Below, piece by piece: positions 1 through 9,786 of a DNA stretch of 64,000 nt; the first letter of the stretch is position 1; each line of letters opens with the position of its first letter. The position numbers were made by a program, and so were the translations under genes. Under the pieces are notes generated by a model. It was not told where the DNA came from and made no database searches. It was given only the letters and a program-made list of their open reading frames with translations. Location: contig JANNLG010000171.1 of the NCBI GenBank assembly GCA_031396695.1, positions 6,053-70,052 of the forward strand, in the 5' to 3' direction. This stretch comes from Deltaproteobacteria bacterium (GTDB lineage Bacteria; Myxococcota_A; UBA9160; SZUA-336).

Positions 1-469
1 ACGCGAACAGGAGCCCGAGCGCCGCGCGAGAGTCGCGGCCGACCAGCACGCTCACGCGCCGCGAGCGCTCGATCCCGCGCAAGCCCTCGAGCTGCAGCAC
101 CGGCATGGTGAACGCGCGCAGCGGCGAGAAGCGCAGCCACGTGAGTGAGTGCAGGAGCCCCGTGCGCACGATCAACCTGGGCAGGCTCGCGAGCGTCTCG
201 ACGAGCGTTGGCGTGCGACCGAAGAGCGCCTCTGCGAGCACCGCGAGCGCGACGCGATCGTAGAGCGGCTTCAGCCACCAGAGGAAGAAGCTCGCCAGCC
301 AGAGCCGCTCGGAGAGTCCGGCGTAGAGCGCGAGCGCAACCGACGCGACCACCAGTGCGTGCGCGGGAAACAGCGGCCAGAACACGGCGCGTGCGAAGCG
401 GAAGCCCAGGTCCACCGCCTCGTAGCCCTCACGGGGCCGGACCTCGACGGCGATTCGCTCAGTCTGCAC
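1..469 (-). CDS. Hypothetical hydrophobic membrane protein. Only the 5' part is in the window. Candidate GTG start at 469 overlaps the upstream gene stop.
   Basis: The minus-strand frame is open from 469 to the window edge. Its translation is hydrophobic (WPLFPAHALVVASVALALYAG...). It is co-oriented with the RDD/DUF95 pair. No ATG start is visible. Confidence 0.3.
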   Translation of the reverse strand, partial: MQTERIAVEVRPREGYEAVDLGFRFARAVFWPLFPAHALVVASVALALYAGLSERLWLASFFLWWLKPLYDRVALAVLAEALFGRTPTLVETLASLPRLIVRTGLLHSLTWLRFSPLRAFTMPVLQLEGLRGIERSRRVSVLVGRDSRAALGLLFA

Positions 470-1418
470 GCGATCGCCCCGCGCTGCCGAGCCAGAGCGC
501 GACCAGGACCCAGAGCGCCGCGCCGACGGCGAACTTCGCCGCAGCGGGCAGCGCGCGCGGCGACCAGAACGCCTCGATGCCCGCCGCGATCACCAGCATG
601 AGCGCCGCGCCCGCGATGATCGGCAGACTCGAGAGCGCCGCCGCGCGCAGCGCCGCGATGCGGCTCCGCGCACCCGGCGCGAGCACCGCCAGCCCGAGCC
701 GCATGCCCGACGCCGCCGCGAGCAGGATCGCGGTCAGCTCGAACGCGCCGTGGCCGATCACGAACGAGAAGAACGGCTCGGCCGAGCCCGCGCGCACCAG
801 GTGACTCGCGACCAGTCCGAAGTTGAGCGCGTTGAAGGTGACGCTCGCGAGTGTACCGACGCCGAACGCGAGTCCGCTCGCGAAGGTGCGGAAGGCGATC
901 GAGACGTTGTTCCAGATGTAGAAGCCGAACATCGTCGCGTCGTCGCCCGAGTCGCGCTCATGACCGGCGCCCGCCCCAGATGGGTCGTACATCTGCTCGA
1001 TCTCGGTCACGTTCGCCTGCGACATGAAGCTGTAGATCAGGTCCGGGTGCGCCCAGGCCAGCAGCGCGAGCGCGAGCGCGAGTCCGTAGAACAGCACGTG
1101 CAGGCTCGCGACCAACGGCAGCTCGCTGCGCACCGCGCGCGGAAAGTCGCGCGCGAGGAACGCGCCGATTCCGCGAATCTCGCCGGTGCGCGCCTGATAG
1201 AGCAGCCTGTGCCCGGCGAGCGCCAGCTCGTTCAGCTCCGCCACCAACGCGCCCGAGAGCTGGCGTTCGCGCGCAAGCGCGAGGTCGTGACAGAGTTGCC
1301 GATAGAGCGGTGGCAGCTCCGCCGCGTCGTCGGTCTCGCCACGCTCGAGCGCGGCCAGCAGGCGCGCGAAGCGGTCCCAGCGGGGTCGACCCTGCGCGTC
1401 GAATGCCTCGAGCTTCAC
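459..1418 (-). CDS. DUF95/SpoIIM-family integral membrane protein
   Basis: C-terminal 320 aa of ORF 459..2141 contains multiple TM segments with a SpoIIM-like motif (FGFYIWNNVSIAFRTFASGLAFGVGT). The GTG start at 1418 overlaps the RDD gene stop as GTGA. The ORF's N-terminal R-rich extension is junk. Confidence 0.65.
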   Translation of the reverse strand: MKLEAFDAQGRPRWDRFARLLAALERGETDDAAELPPLYRQLCHDLALARERQLSGALVAELNELALAGHRLLYQARTGEIRGIGAFLARDFPRAVRSELPLVASLHVLFYGLALALALLAWAHPDLIYSFMSQANVTEIEQMYDPSGAGAGHERDSGDDATMFGFYIWNNVSIAFRTFASGLAFGVGTLASVTFNALNFGLVASHLVRAGSAEPFFSFVIGHGAFELTAILLAAASGMRLGLAVLAPGARSRIAALRAAALSSLPIIAGAALMLVIAAGIEAFWSPRALPAAAKFAVGAALWVLVALWLGSAGRSRAD

Positions 1419-2095
1419 GCAGTCCGTCCCACCAGGTGGGCTGCCTGCGCGATCAGGCTCGCGCGCGGATCGTCCTGCCCCGTGAGCGAGCGCGGAATCG
1501 CCGACAGCTCGGCGGCACGCTCGGGCGAGAGACTCGCGGCGCGCTCGGCGAACGCGATCACCGCCGCTTGCTCGTCGAGCGTGAGTGGAATCGGTGGCGC
1601 GACCGGAGTCACGTCGGGGATTCGAGTCACGGGTGCGCGCGGCGCGTCGGCGTAGACGACCAGCGTGCCGGCCGCCAGATCGCCGAGACGGCGGAAGCTC
1701 GTGTCCGAGATCATCGACACCAGCCCCGCCAGGTACAGGAGCGGCAGGAAGTCCGCGACCAGCAAGAAGTTCCGCAGCACCGAAGCCGACCAGCCGACCG
1801 GCGTGCCGTTCTCCTGCACCACGCGCAGACCCATCAGGCGCTTGCCGGGAGTCTGCCCGTGCGCGCGCACTTCGAACAGCACCGGGTAGAACCAGAGCAG
1901 CGCGAACAAGCCGATCAAGTAGAGCCCGACGCCAAAACCCGCGAACGCGGAGAGCGCGATCTGCAGGCCGAGCGCGATTCCGCCCTGCAGGAGCGTGTCG
2001 ACGCCCCACGCGAGCGCACGCGGAACCGGCCCCGCCACGCGCAGGGCGAGGTCGACGCCCTCCGGCGTCTGGACGGCGTGGATGGTGTCGATCAT
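1415..2095 (-). CDS. RDD family membrane protein
   Basis: RDD-like sequence (GFGVGLYLIGLFALLWFYPVLFEVRAHGQTPGKRLMGLRVV). ATG (MIDTIHAVQ) at 2095. The long upstream extension of ORF 1415..3055 is antisense to ndh. Confidence 0.7.
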   Translation of the reverse strand: MIDTIHAVQTPEGVDLALRVAGPVPRALAWGVDTLLQGGIALGLQIALSAFAGFGVGLYLIGLFALLWFYPVLFEVRAHGQTPGKRLMGLRVVQENGTPVGWSASVLRNFLLVADFLPLLYLAGLVSMISDTSFRRLGDLAAGTLVVYADAPRAPVTRIPDVTPVAPPIPLTLDEQAAVIAFAERAASLSPERAAELSAIPRSLTGQDDPRASLIAQAAHLVGRTA

Positions 2096-2164
2096 GCGCC
2101 CGGGATCGTAGGTGAACGCGCGCACGCCGCCAAAAGCGCACGCGCGCGCTAGCTTGCCGAGGAC

Positions 2165-3442
2165 GTGCGCGAGAGCGAGCAACGGACGCGGCCGCGGATC
2201 GTGATCGTGGGCGCCGGCTTCGGCGGCCTGCGCGCGGCGCGCGCGTTGGCGAAGGCCGACGTCTCGATCACGCTCGTGGACCAGCGCAACTACCATTTGT
2301 TCCAGCCGCTGCTCTATCAGGTGGCGACCTCGATGTTGCCGCCCGAGAGCATCGCCTACCCGGTGCGCGCGATCCTGCGCCGCCAGAAGAACCTCGAGTT
2401 CCGGCTCGCGCGCGTGGAGTCGGTCGACTTCGAAAAGCGCGAGCTCACGACCAGCGCGGGACCGATCGGCTACGACCGGCTCGTACTCGCGGTCGGCGGC
2501 CGCACGAACTTCTTCGGGCTCACGTCGGTGGAGCGCAACGGCTTCGGCTTGAAGGATCTCGACGAGGCCGTGAACGTGCGCAACCAGATCCTGCGCAGCT
2601 TCGAACGCGCGCTGCACGAGCCGAGCCCGGAGCGGCGCCGCGCCCACCAGACCTTCGTGGTGGTCGGCGGCGGACCGACCGGCGTCGAGAGCGCGGGCGC
2701 ACTCTCGGAGCTCGTGCGGCTCGTGCTCGCCAAGGACTTCGCCGCGCTCGAGATCAAGGACGTGCGCGTGATCTTGCTCGAGGCGACGCACGCGCTGCTG
2801 GCTGCGCTGCCCGAGAAGCTGCGCGAGGAGACCGCGCTGCGTCTCTGGCACAAGCACGTCGAGGTGCGCTTCGGCGCGCAAGTGGTCGAGTTCGACGGCG
2901 AGCGGGTGACACTGAAAGGTGGCGAGGTGATTCCCGCGCGCACGCTGATCTGGGCGGCGGGCGCGCGCGCGGCGGGCCTGATCGATCGACTCGGCCTGGC
3001 GCAGGGCGCGCAAGGCCGCGTGCGGATCGACGAGACGCTGCGCGTGCTCGACCACGACGACGTGTTCGCGATCGGCGACGCGGCCTTTCTAGAGCGCGCG
3101 GGTCAGCCGCTGCCGATGATGGCGCCGGTCGCCATGCAACAGGGCGAGCTGGTCGCGCGCAACGTCACGCGATCGCTCGAAGGCGCGCCGCTCGAGCCGT
3201 TCGCGTACCGCAACCCCGGTTCGCTCGCGACGATCGGCCGCAACGCCGCGGTCGCGCACCTGGGCCGCTTCGCGTTCACGGGCTTTCTCGCGTGGCTGCT
3301 CTGGCTGGCCGTCCACGTCGCGCAGCTGATCGGCTTTCGCAACAAGCTGCTCGTGCTGCTCGAGTGGGGCTGGGAGTACTTCACCTACGAACGAGCGGTG
3401 CGCCTGATCACCGCCGATCAGGTGCGCGAGCGCGGCGACTGA
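2165..3442 (+). CDS. ndh: Type II NADH dehydrogenase (NDH-2), FAD-dependent pyridine nucleotide-disulfide oxidoreductase
   Basis: Two Rossmann GxGxxG motifs (IVIVGAGFGGL, FVVVGGGPTGVE). C-terminal amphipathic membrane anchor. Length 425 aa. Confidence 0.85.
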   Translation: MRESEQRTRPRIVIVGAGFGGLRAARALAKADVSITLVDQRNYHLFQPLLYQVATSMLPPESIAYPVRAILRRQKNLEFRLARVESVDFEKRELTTSAGPIGYDRLVLAVGGRTNFFGLTSVERNGFGLKDLDEAVNVRNQILRSFERALHEPSPERRRAHQTFVVVGGGPTGVESAGALSELVRLVLAKDFAALEIKDVRVILLEATHALLAALPEKLREETALRLWHKHVEVRFGAQVVEFDGERVTLKGGEVIPARTLIWAAGARAAGLIDRLGLAQGAQGRVRIDETLRVLDHDDVFAIGDAAFLERAGQPLPMMAPVAMQQGELVARNVTRSLEGAPLEPFAYRNPGSLATIGRNAAVAHLGRFAFTGFLAWLLWLAVHVAQLIGFRNKLLVLLEWGWEYFTYERAVRLITADQVRERGD

Positions 3443-3474
3443 ACCCGCGCGCGCGCGATCGGGTAGCATCGGGC

Positions 3475-4425
3475 ATGGCCAAACCCTTCCGCTTCGCGGT
3501 GCAGGTCTCGACGCTCCCCGCCGACGGCTGGATCGAGCGCGTGCGCTCGTACGAGCGACTCGGCTTCTCCACGGTCTTCTGCCCCGATCACTTCGGGCCG
3601 CAGTGGGATCCGACTGCGCTGCTCGCGGCGGCCGCCGCGGTCACGACACGACTCAATGTCGGGTCGCTGGTGTACGACGTCGACTACCGCCACCCCGTGA
3701 TCCACGCCAAGGGCGCCGCGACGATCCAGCTGCTCTCCGGCGGGCGGCACGAGTTCGGCATCGGCGCGGGTTGGATGCAGACCGACTACGACGAGGCGGG
3801 CATGCCTTACGACCGCCCAGGCCTGCGCATCGAGCGGCTCGACGAGGCGCTGCAGATCATCAAGAGCATGTGGGAGAACGAACGCACCACGTTCTCGGGC
3901 AAGCACTACAAGATCACCAACATCGCGAAGGCCGCCGAGCTGCCGGCCGGCGCGCGGCCCAAGATCCTGATCGGCGGTGGAGGACCGCGCGTGTTGCGGC
4001 TCGCGGGCCGGCACGCCGACATCGTCGGCATCAATCCGAGCCTGCCCGAGGGCAAGATCACGCGAGACAGTGCCGCCGATCTCGCGCCCGAGCGGCTCGA
4101 CGAGAAGCTGCGCCACGTGCGCGCGGGCGCGGAGGCCGCGGGCCGACGTTTCGACGAGATCGAGCTGAACTCGCTGACCTTCGTGGTGGCGATCACGGAT
4201 GATGCCTCGGGCCTGCGCGCGGGCCTGGCCGCGAACAGCGGAATGTCGGTCGAGCAGGTCGCGAACTGCCCGATCTTCCTGACCGGCTCCGCGGCGGAGA
4301 TCCGCGACGGGCTCGAGAAGCGGCGCGAGCGCTACGGGCTCTCGTACATCGTGATCCAGGGCCGCGATCCGGCCATGGTCGAGAAGTTCGCCGAGCTGAT
4401 CGTGGCGCCGCTGTCCGGCAAGTGA
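3475..4425 (+). CDS. LLM-class (luciferase-like) F420-dependent oxidoreductase
   Basis: ATG at 3475 (MAKPFRFAVQV). Conserved luciferase-like monooxygenase (LLM) TIM-barrel signature (GFSTVFCPDHF, EFGIGAGW). The ORF track's N-terminal extension is R-rich junk. Confidence 0.75.
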   Translation: MAKPFRFAVQVSTLPADGWIERVRSYERLGFSTVFCPDHFGPQWDPTALLAAAAAVTTRLNVGSLVYDVDYRHPVIHAKGAATIQLLSGGRHEFGIGAGWMQTDYDEAGMPYDRPGLRIERLDEALQIIKSMWENERTTFSGKHYKITNIAKAAELPAGARPKILIGGGGPRVLRLAGRHADIVGINPSLPEGKITRDSAADLAPERLDEKLRHVRAGAEAAGRRFDEIELNSLTFVVAITDDASGLRAGLAANSGMSVEQVANCPIFLTGSAAEIRDGLEKRRERYGLSYIVIQGRDPAMVEKFAELIVAPLSGK

Positions 4426-4473
4426 CGCGCGCGAACGAGCGAGCGCATGCGCTAGCAACTTTGCCTCAAGCGG

Positions 4474-7400
4474 GTGCGCGACACCTCCGATAACTTCGTG
4501 GACATGAGCGCCACGCTGGGGACGGACCCGCCGCTCTGGGAGCGCTACACCCGAACGCACGGCCGCGTGCACCTGACGGGTCTGCAAGCGCTGCTGCGCA
4601 TGACGCTCGACCAGCTGCGCAGCGACGCGCGCGCAGGGCTGCGCACCGGCGCGTTCTTCTCCGGCTATCCGGGTTCTCCGCTCGCGGGGCTGGACGGAAT
4701 GCTGCGCAGCCTGGCGCCGCTGCTCGCGCGCTCGGACGTGCGGCTCGCGCCGGGTCTGAACGAAGAGCTCGCGGCCAGCGCGGTGGCGGGCACGCAGCTC
4801 GTCGAGACCTTCCCGCACGCCCGCTACAACGGCGTGCTCGGGGTCTGGTTCGGCAAGGCGCCCGGTCTCGATCGCGCGATCGACGCGCTGCGCCACGCCA
4901 ATTTCGTGGGCACCGGACGGCAGGGCGGTGCGCTGGCGGTCGTGGGCGACGATCCGTTCTGCAAGAGCTCGTCGCTGCCGAGCCACAGCGAGCACGCCTT
5001 CGCGCACGCCTACATTCCGTTGTTCGCGCCGGCCGACCCGGGCGACGTGCTGCGCCTCGGACGGCTGGCGTTCGCGCTCTCGCGCTACACCGGATTGTGG
5101 AGCGGACTGCGCATGGTGGCCGACGTGGCCGACTCGGGCCGGATCGTCACGCTCGCCGACGCTGAGCCCGCGCTCGTGCTGCCGGAGTTCGTGAATCCGG
5201 CCGGCCGGCCGGCTCGGCGCATCGACACGAATCTGCTGCCGCCGAACGTGCTGCGCATCGAGCAGGATCTGGTCTTCGGCAGACTCGAAGCCGTGCACCG
5301 CTTCGCGCGCGCGAACGGCTTGAATCCGATCACGTCGAAGCACGCGCGCGATCGCGTGGGCCTCGTCGCTTCGGGCTCGCTCTACCGCGAGCTCGAGAGC
5401 GCGCTCGCGCTGCTCGGCCTCGACGAGCCCGAGCGCGAGCGACTCGGCGTGCGGCTGCTCAAGCTCGACCTGGTCTGGCCGCTCGAGACCGAGCGCATGC
5501 GCGAGTTCGCATCCGGACTCGAGGCGATCGTGGTGGTGGACTCGCGCCGTGCCTGGCTCGAGGAGCAGGTGCGCGCGGCGTTGTACGAGGGCGGGTCGCG
5601 CGCGCGCGTGCTCGGCCAGCACGACGAGCGCGGCGCGGCCTGGCTCGCGCGCCGCCACGAGCTCACCGGCGGTACGCTCGCGCAGGATCTCGCGCCCTGG
5701 CTGGGCGAGAAGCTCGGCGAGCCGAAGCTGGTTTCTCGCCTCGCGCCGCTCGAAGCCGCGCTCGCGCGCGCGTCCCACGCGGCCGAACCGTCGCGCGCGC
5801 CGCACTTCTGCAGCGGCTGTCCGCACTCGTCGTCGACCAAGCTGCCCGAGGGCTCGCTCGCCGGCGGCGGCATCGGCTGTCACACCATGGCGCTGCTCAT
5901 GCCCGAGCGCGCAGTGCGGCTGCTCGGCGCGATGGGTTCGGAGGGTGCGCACTGGATCGGTCTCGCGCCCTACACCGAGACGCGACACCTGTTCCAGAAC
6001 CTGGGCGACGGCACCTACTTCCACTCCGGCCGGCTGGCGGTTCGCGCCTGCGTCGAGGCCGGTGCGACGATCACCTTCAAGCTGCTCTGGAACGGAGTCG
6101 TCGCGATGACCGGCGGCCAGCACGCCGTGGGCGCCAAGCCGCTCGCGGCGCTGGTGCGGGATCTGCTGGCCGACGGGGTGCTCTGCGTGGTGGCGATGAG
6201 CGACGACCGCGAGGTCGCCGCGCTCGAAACCTACGAGCCGCGTCTTCGGGTGGTGGACCGGAACGGCTGGGACGGCGCCATGCGCGAGCTGCGCGAGCAG
6301 AGTGGCGTCAGCGTCATGATCTGGGACGAGCTGTGCGCGAACGAGAAGCAGCGGCTCGAACGCCGCGGCGTGCTCGCTCGGCCGAGCGCGCGCGTGGTGA
6401 TCAACGAAGACGTGTGCGAGGGCTGCGGCGACTGCGGCGTCAAGTCTTCGTGCGTGTCGCTGCGGCCGGTCGAGACCGCGCTCGGCCGCAAGACGCGCGT
6501 GCACGCGGGCTCGTGCAGCGACGATCGCGCCTGCCTCGACGGGGACTGCCCGGCGTTCCTCTCGGTCGAGGGTGCGACGGCCGCAGCGCTGCCCTTCGAG
6601 TCCCTGCTGACGGGGCCGCTGCCCGAGCCGCCCGCGCCGATCTGGGACGGCGATCGCTACGAGCTGCAGCTGGTCGGCATCGGCAGCACGGGCGTGGTCA
6701 CGATCGACGCGCTGCTGGTGCGCGCCGCCGAGCACGACGGCTTGTACGCGATGCACCTCGACCAGACCGGCCTCGCGCAGCGCGGCGGCAAGGTCGTGTC
6801 GCACTGCGTGCTCGCGCGCACCGAACTGACGGGCAGCCCGCGCATCGAGCCGGGCCGCGCGGACGTGCTGCTCGCCTTCGATCCGCTCGGCTCCTCGGAT
6901 CGCGACGCACTGCGCGCGCTCGACCCGGGCCGCACGCGCGCGGTGGTGCACGAGCTGTACGTGCCGACCGGCGCCGACGTGGGCGCGCCCGGCTTCCAGC
7001 CGCCCGACCTCTCCTTGCTGATCGAGCCGCTGCGCGAAGCCACGCGCTCGCTCGAGCGCGTTCCCGCGGAGCTGCTCGCGGAAGTCGCGCTCGGCCAGTC
7101 GCTGTCGGCGAATCTGGTGCTGCTCGGCTTCGCCTGGCAGCGCGGACTCGTGCCGGTCTCGCGACTCGCGCTCGAACGCGCGGTGCGAGAGAACGGTGTC
7201 GCGGTCGAGGCCAACCTGCGCGCGATCGCGCTCGGCCGCGCGGCCGCGGTCGACGCGGAGCTGGTCGCGAAGCTCTTGCACGACGCGACTCCGCCGGCGA
7301 TCGGCGACGAGCCGGCGCTCGATCGCGCCGCGCGCGCGCTCGGTCCGGCCTGGAGCGCGGTGCACGAAGCGCTCGGCCGCTTCCAGCACGCGAAGGACTC

Positions 7401-8031
7401 CGATCGCGTCACTTCGCTGATCGCATCGTTCGCGGCCGATCTGGTCGACTACCAGGGCAAGCGGCTGGCGTCGCGCTACTGCGCGCGCGTCGCGCGCGTG
7501 GCCGAGGCCGCGGCCGCCGTCGATCCGGAATCGCTCGCGCTCACCGAAGCCGCTTCGCGCGAGCTCTACCGCGTGCTCGCGTACAAGGACGAGTACGAGG
7601 TCGCGCGGCTCTTGCTGCGCGGTCCGCACCGGCGCTGGCTGCGGCGCCATTCCGCGCACCAGCCGAGCATCCGCTACCACCTGCACCCGCCGCTGCTGCG
7701 CGCGCTGGGCTTGAAATCGAAGCTCGCGCTCGGAGCGTGGATCGAGCCGGTCTTCGCCGCGCTCGCGGCCGCGCGCCGGTTGCGCGGAACCGCGCTCGAT
7801 CCGTTCGGCTGGACGCGCGCGCGCCGGCTCGAGCGCGAGCTCGCGAGCTGGTACGAGGGCGTGCTCGACGCGGTCGCCGCGCACGTGCGCGCCGAGAATC
7901 GCGCGGAAGCGCTCGAAATCGTGCGGCTGGCCGAGGGCATCCGCGGCTACGAGGGGATCAAGGAAGCGCGCGCCGCCGAGCTGCGGCCGATCATCGAGCG
8001 CAAGCTCGCGGCCCTCGTCGCGCCTCGCTGA
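4474..8031 (+). CDS. Indolepyruvate:ferredoxin oxidoreductase family protein, fused alpha/beta type
   Basis: 1185-aa single ORF with a 4Fe-4S cysteine cluster (CEGCGDCGVKSSC...CLDGDCP) and IOR-like N-terminus (ERYTRTHGRVHLTGLQALLRM). The start may instead be the ATG at 4504. Confidence 0.8.
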   Translation: MRDTSDNFVDMSATLGTDPPLWERYTRTHGRVHLTGLQALLRMTLDQLRSDARAGLRTGAFFSGYPGSPLAGLDGMLRSLAPLLARSDVRLAPGLNEELAASAVAGTQLVETFPHARYNGVLGVWFGKAPGLDRAIDALRHANFVGTGRQGGALAVVGDDPFCKSSSLPSHSEHAFAHAYIPLFAPADPGDVLRLGRLAFALSRYTGLWSGLRMVADVADSGRIVTLADAEPALVLPEFVNPAGRPARRIDTNLLPPNVLRIEQDLVFGRLEAVHRFARANGLNPITSKHARDRVGLVASGSLYRELESALALLGLDEPERERLGVRLLKLDLVWPLETERMREFASGLEAIVVVDSRRAWLEEQVRAALYEGGSRARVLGQHDERGAAWLARRHELTGGTLAQDLAPWLGEKLGEPKLVSRLAPLEAALARASHAAEPSRAPHFCSGCPHSSSTKLPEGSLAGGGIGCHTMALLMPERAVRLLGAMGSEGAHWIGLAPYTETRHLFQNLGDGTYFHSGRLAVRACVEAGATITFKLLWNGVVAMTGGQHAVGAKPLAALVRDLLADGVLCVVAMSDDREVAALETYEPRLRVVDRNGWDGAMRELREQSGVSVMIWDELCANEKQRLERRGVLARPSARVVINEDVCEGCGDCGVKSSCVSLRPVETALGRKTRVHAGSCSDDRACLDGDCPAFLSVEGATAAALPFESLLTGPLPEPPAPIWDGDRYELQLVGIGSTGVVTIDALLVRAAEHDGLYAMHLDQTGLAQRGGKVVSHCVLARTELTGSPRIEPGRADVLLAFDPLGSSDRDALRALDPGRTRAVVHELYVPTGADVGAPGFQPPDLSLLIEPLREATRSLERVPAELLAEVALGQSLSANLVLLGFAWQRGLVPVSRLALERAVRENGVAVEANLRAIALGRAAAVDAELVAKLLHDATPPAIGDEPALDRAARALGPAWSAVHEALGRFQHAKDSDRVTSLIASFAADLVDYQGKRLASRYCARVARVAEAAAAVDPESLALTEAASRELYRVLAYKDEYEVARLLLRGPHRRWLRRHSAHQPSIRYHLHPPLLRALGLKSKLALGAWIEPVFAALAAARRLRGTALDPFGWTRARRLERELASWYEGVLDAVAAHVRAENRAEALEIVRLAEGIRGYEGIKEARAAELRPIIERKLAALVAPR

Positions 8032-8045
8032 GCTATCCTGCCGCC

Positions 8046-8264
8046 GTGTCGGAGTGGCTGCGAATCGCCCGCGAGCCGTCGGTCGTGCGACGTGCGTTTC
8101 GAACCATGCTCGTGGTCGGCGCGATCCTGATCGCCATCAATCACGGCGACGCGTTGCTCTCGGGTCAGCTCGACGCCGACCGCGTGTTCAAGATCTGCCT
8201 GACGTTGCTCGTCCCGTACGGCGTCTCGACCACCTCGAGCGTCGCCGCGCTGCGCTCGAGGTAA
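8046..8264 (+). CDS. Small NrtS-like membrane protein
   Basis: 72-aa ORF directly after the IOR gene. Motif LVVGAILIAINHGDALLSG...LTLLVPYGVSTTSSV resembles the small NrtS family. GTG start at 8046. Confidence 0.45.
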   Translation: MSEWLRIAREPSVVRRAFRTMLVVGAILIAINHGDALLSGQLDADRVFKICLTLLVPYGVSTTSSVAALRSR

Positions 8265-8339
8265 CGGGGCCCGGCGCGCGGACGGCCGCGCGCCACCCGC
8301 ACTTCGCTCAGCTTCGCTTCGCTGCGCGCTTCGCTTGCG

Positions 8340-8933
8340 CTACCCGCCCGCGAGAAGTTCATCGCAGTCGTCGACGCGCAGACTCGTGGCCAGCAGCAGG
8401 CGCGTTGCGTCGGCGCGCATCGCGAACAGCGACGTGGCGTCGGCGCCGCTGACGGTGGACTCGGCGGATTCGACCCCGAGCGCTTGACCCGCGATCGTGA
8501 TGCAGAGCCACTTCTCGCGCGCTTCGAGGCGCCGATCGTAGCGGTCGATCAGCCCGCGCAGCTCGCCGTACACGATGCGATTCGCAGCGATCAGCGCGAA
8601 CGGCGCAGACAGATTCGCGATCTGGAGCTCGGACACGGAGCCGTACACGCTCTGATCGGGGTGCGCGCGCAGGTACTCCCGCGTCGAAGCGAAGCCGACC
8701 GCCGAGAGCGTCGCATTCACCGGCTCGTCGCCGAAGTCCTGGCTCTCGATCTTCGCGACCAGGTACGTGCCCTCGACCGGACCGTCGAGCGAGTAGCGCA
8801 CCACGTGCTCGTTCGTCTCGACCACGAGCTCGCCGCCTTCGAACACCGGGGCGAGTGGATTCGTGCGCAGATATCGCACCGCGAAGTGCCCCGCCACCAT
8901 CAGCGCGACGACCAGCAACGCCGTTTTCCACAT
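8340..8933 (-). CDS. Hypothetical protein with N-terminal signal anchor
   Basis: ATG at 8933 (MWKTALLVVALMVAGHFAV) gives a TM anchor followed by a soluble domain. The longer ORF extension is R-rich junk. Confidence 0.55.
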   Translation of the reverse strand: MWKTALLVVALMVAGHFAVRYLRTNPLAPVFEGGELVVETNEHVVRYSLDGPVEGTYLVAKIESQDFGDEPVNATLSAVGFASTREYLRAHPDQSVYGSVSELQIANLSAPFALIAANRIVYGELRGLIDRYDRRLEAREKWLCITIAGQALGVESAESTVSGADATSLFAMRADATRLLLATSLRVDDCDELLAGG

Positions 8934-9018
8934 TTCTACGTATCGGCGCGCCGGGGCTCGAGCAAGAGGCGAGAAGCCGCAGTTGCACACGCGTGACGGT
9001 CCACTCAATATCGCGCAC

Positions 9019-9786
9019 GTGTTGCTTCTCTCCTGGAACGTGAATGGGCTGCGCGCCGCCGGCCGCGGCGGTTTTCTGGACTGGTTCGCAGGCCAGCGCC
9101 CGTTCGCGGTGTGCGTGCAGGAGATCAAGGCTCGGCCCGAGCAGCTCTCGGACGAGCTGCGCAACCCGCACGGCTACCACGCCTACTACCACTCGGCCGA
9201 GACGCCTGGCTACAGCGGTGTGGCCACCTTCACGCGTGAAGAGCCGCTCGCGGTGGTGCACGGCATCGGCTCGAAAGAGTTCGACCGCGAGGGCCGCGTG
9301 CTGCGCACCGAGTTTCGCGACTTCGTGCTGGTGAACGCGTATTTCCCGAACAGCCAGCGCGACCATGCGCGGCTCGACTACAAGCTGCGCTTCTGCTCGG
9401 CGATGCTGCGGCTGATGAACGGCTATCGGCGCTCCGGCAAGCACGTGCTCTTGTGCGGCGACTACAACATCTCGCACGCCGAGATCGATCTGGCGAACCC
9501 GCGCGAGAACCGCCTGAACGCGGGCTTCCTGCCGGAGGAGCGCGCCTGGATGGATCGCTTCCTGGCACGCCACGGCTGGATCGACACTTTTCGGAGTCGC
9601 TGCCCCGAGCCGGGGCACTACACCTGGTGGAGCAACCGGCCCGGCGTGCGCGAGCGGAACATCGGTTGGCGGCTGGACTACTTCGTCGCGAACCTCGAGC
9701 TGATGGACCGCGTCGCGCGCATCGAGCACCAGACCCAGGTGCGCGGCTCCGACCACTGTCCTGTGGCGCTGAAGGTGCGGGACTAG
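9019..9786 (+). CDS. xthA: Exodeoxyribonuclease III
   Basis: LSWNVNGLRA N-terminal motif and the conserved EEP-family C-terminus (RLDYFVAN...GSDHCPV). GTG start at 9019. Confidence 0.85.
   Translation: MLLLSWNVNGLRAAGRGGFLDWFAGQRPFAVCVQEIKARPEQLSDELRNPHGYHAYYHSAETPGYSGVATFTREEPLAVVHGIGSKEFDREGRVLRTEFRDFVLVNAYFPNSQRDHARLDYKLRFCSAMLRLMNGYRRSGKHVLLCGDYNISHAEIDLANPRENRLNAGFLPEERAWMDRFLARHGWIDTFRSRCPEPGHYTWWSNRPGVRERNIGWRLDYFVANLELMDRVARIEHQTQVRGSDHCPVALKVRD

Noticed and set aside
3418-7884. 1488-aa minus-strand ORF
   Set aside because: Arg/Ala-rich, no motifs. Antisense to the IOR and F420-oxidoreductase genes. A typical GC-rich shadow ORF.
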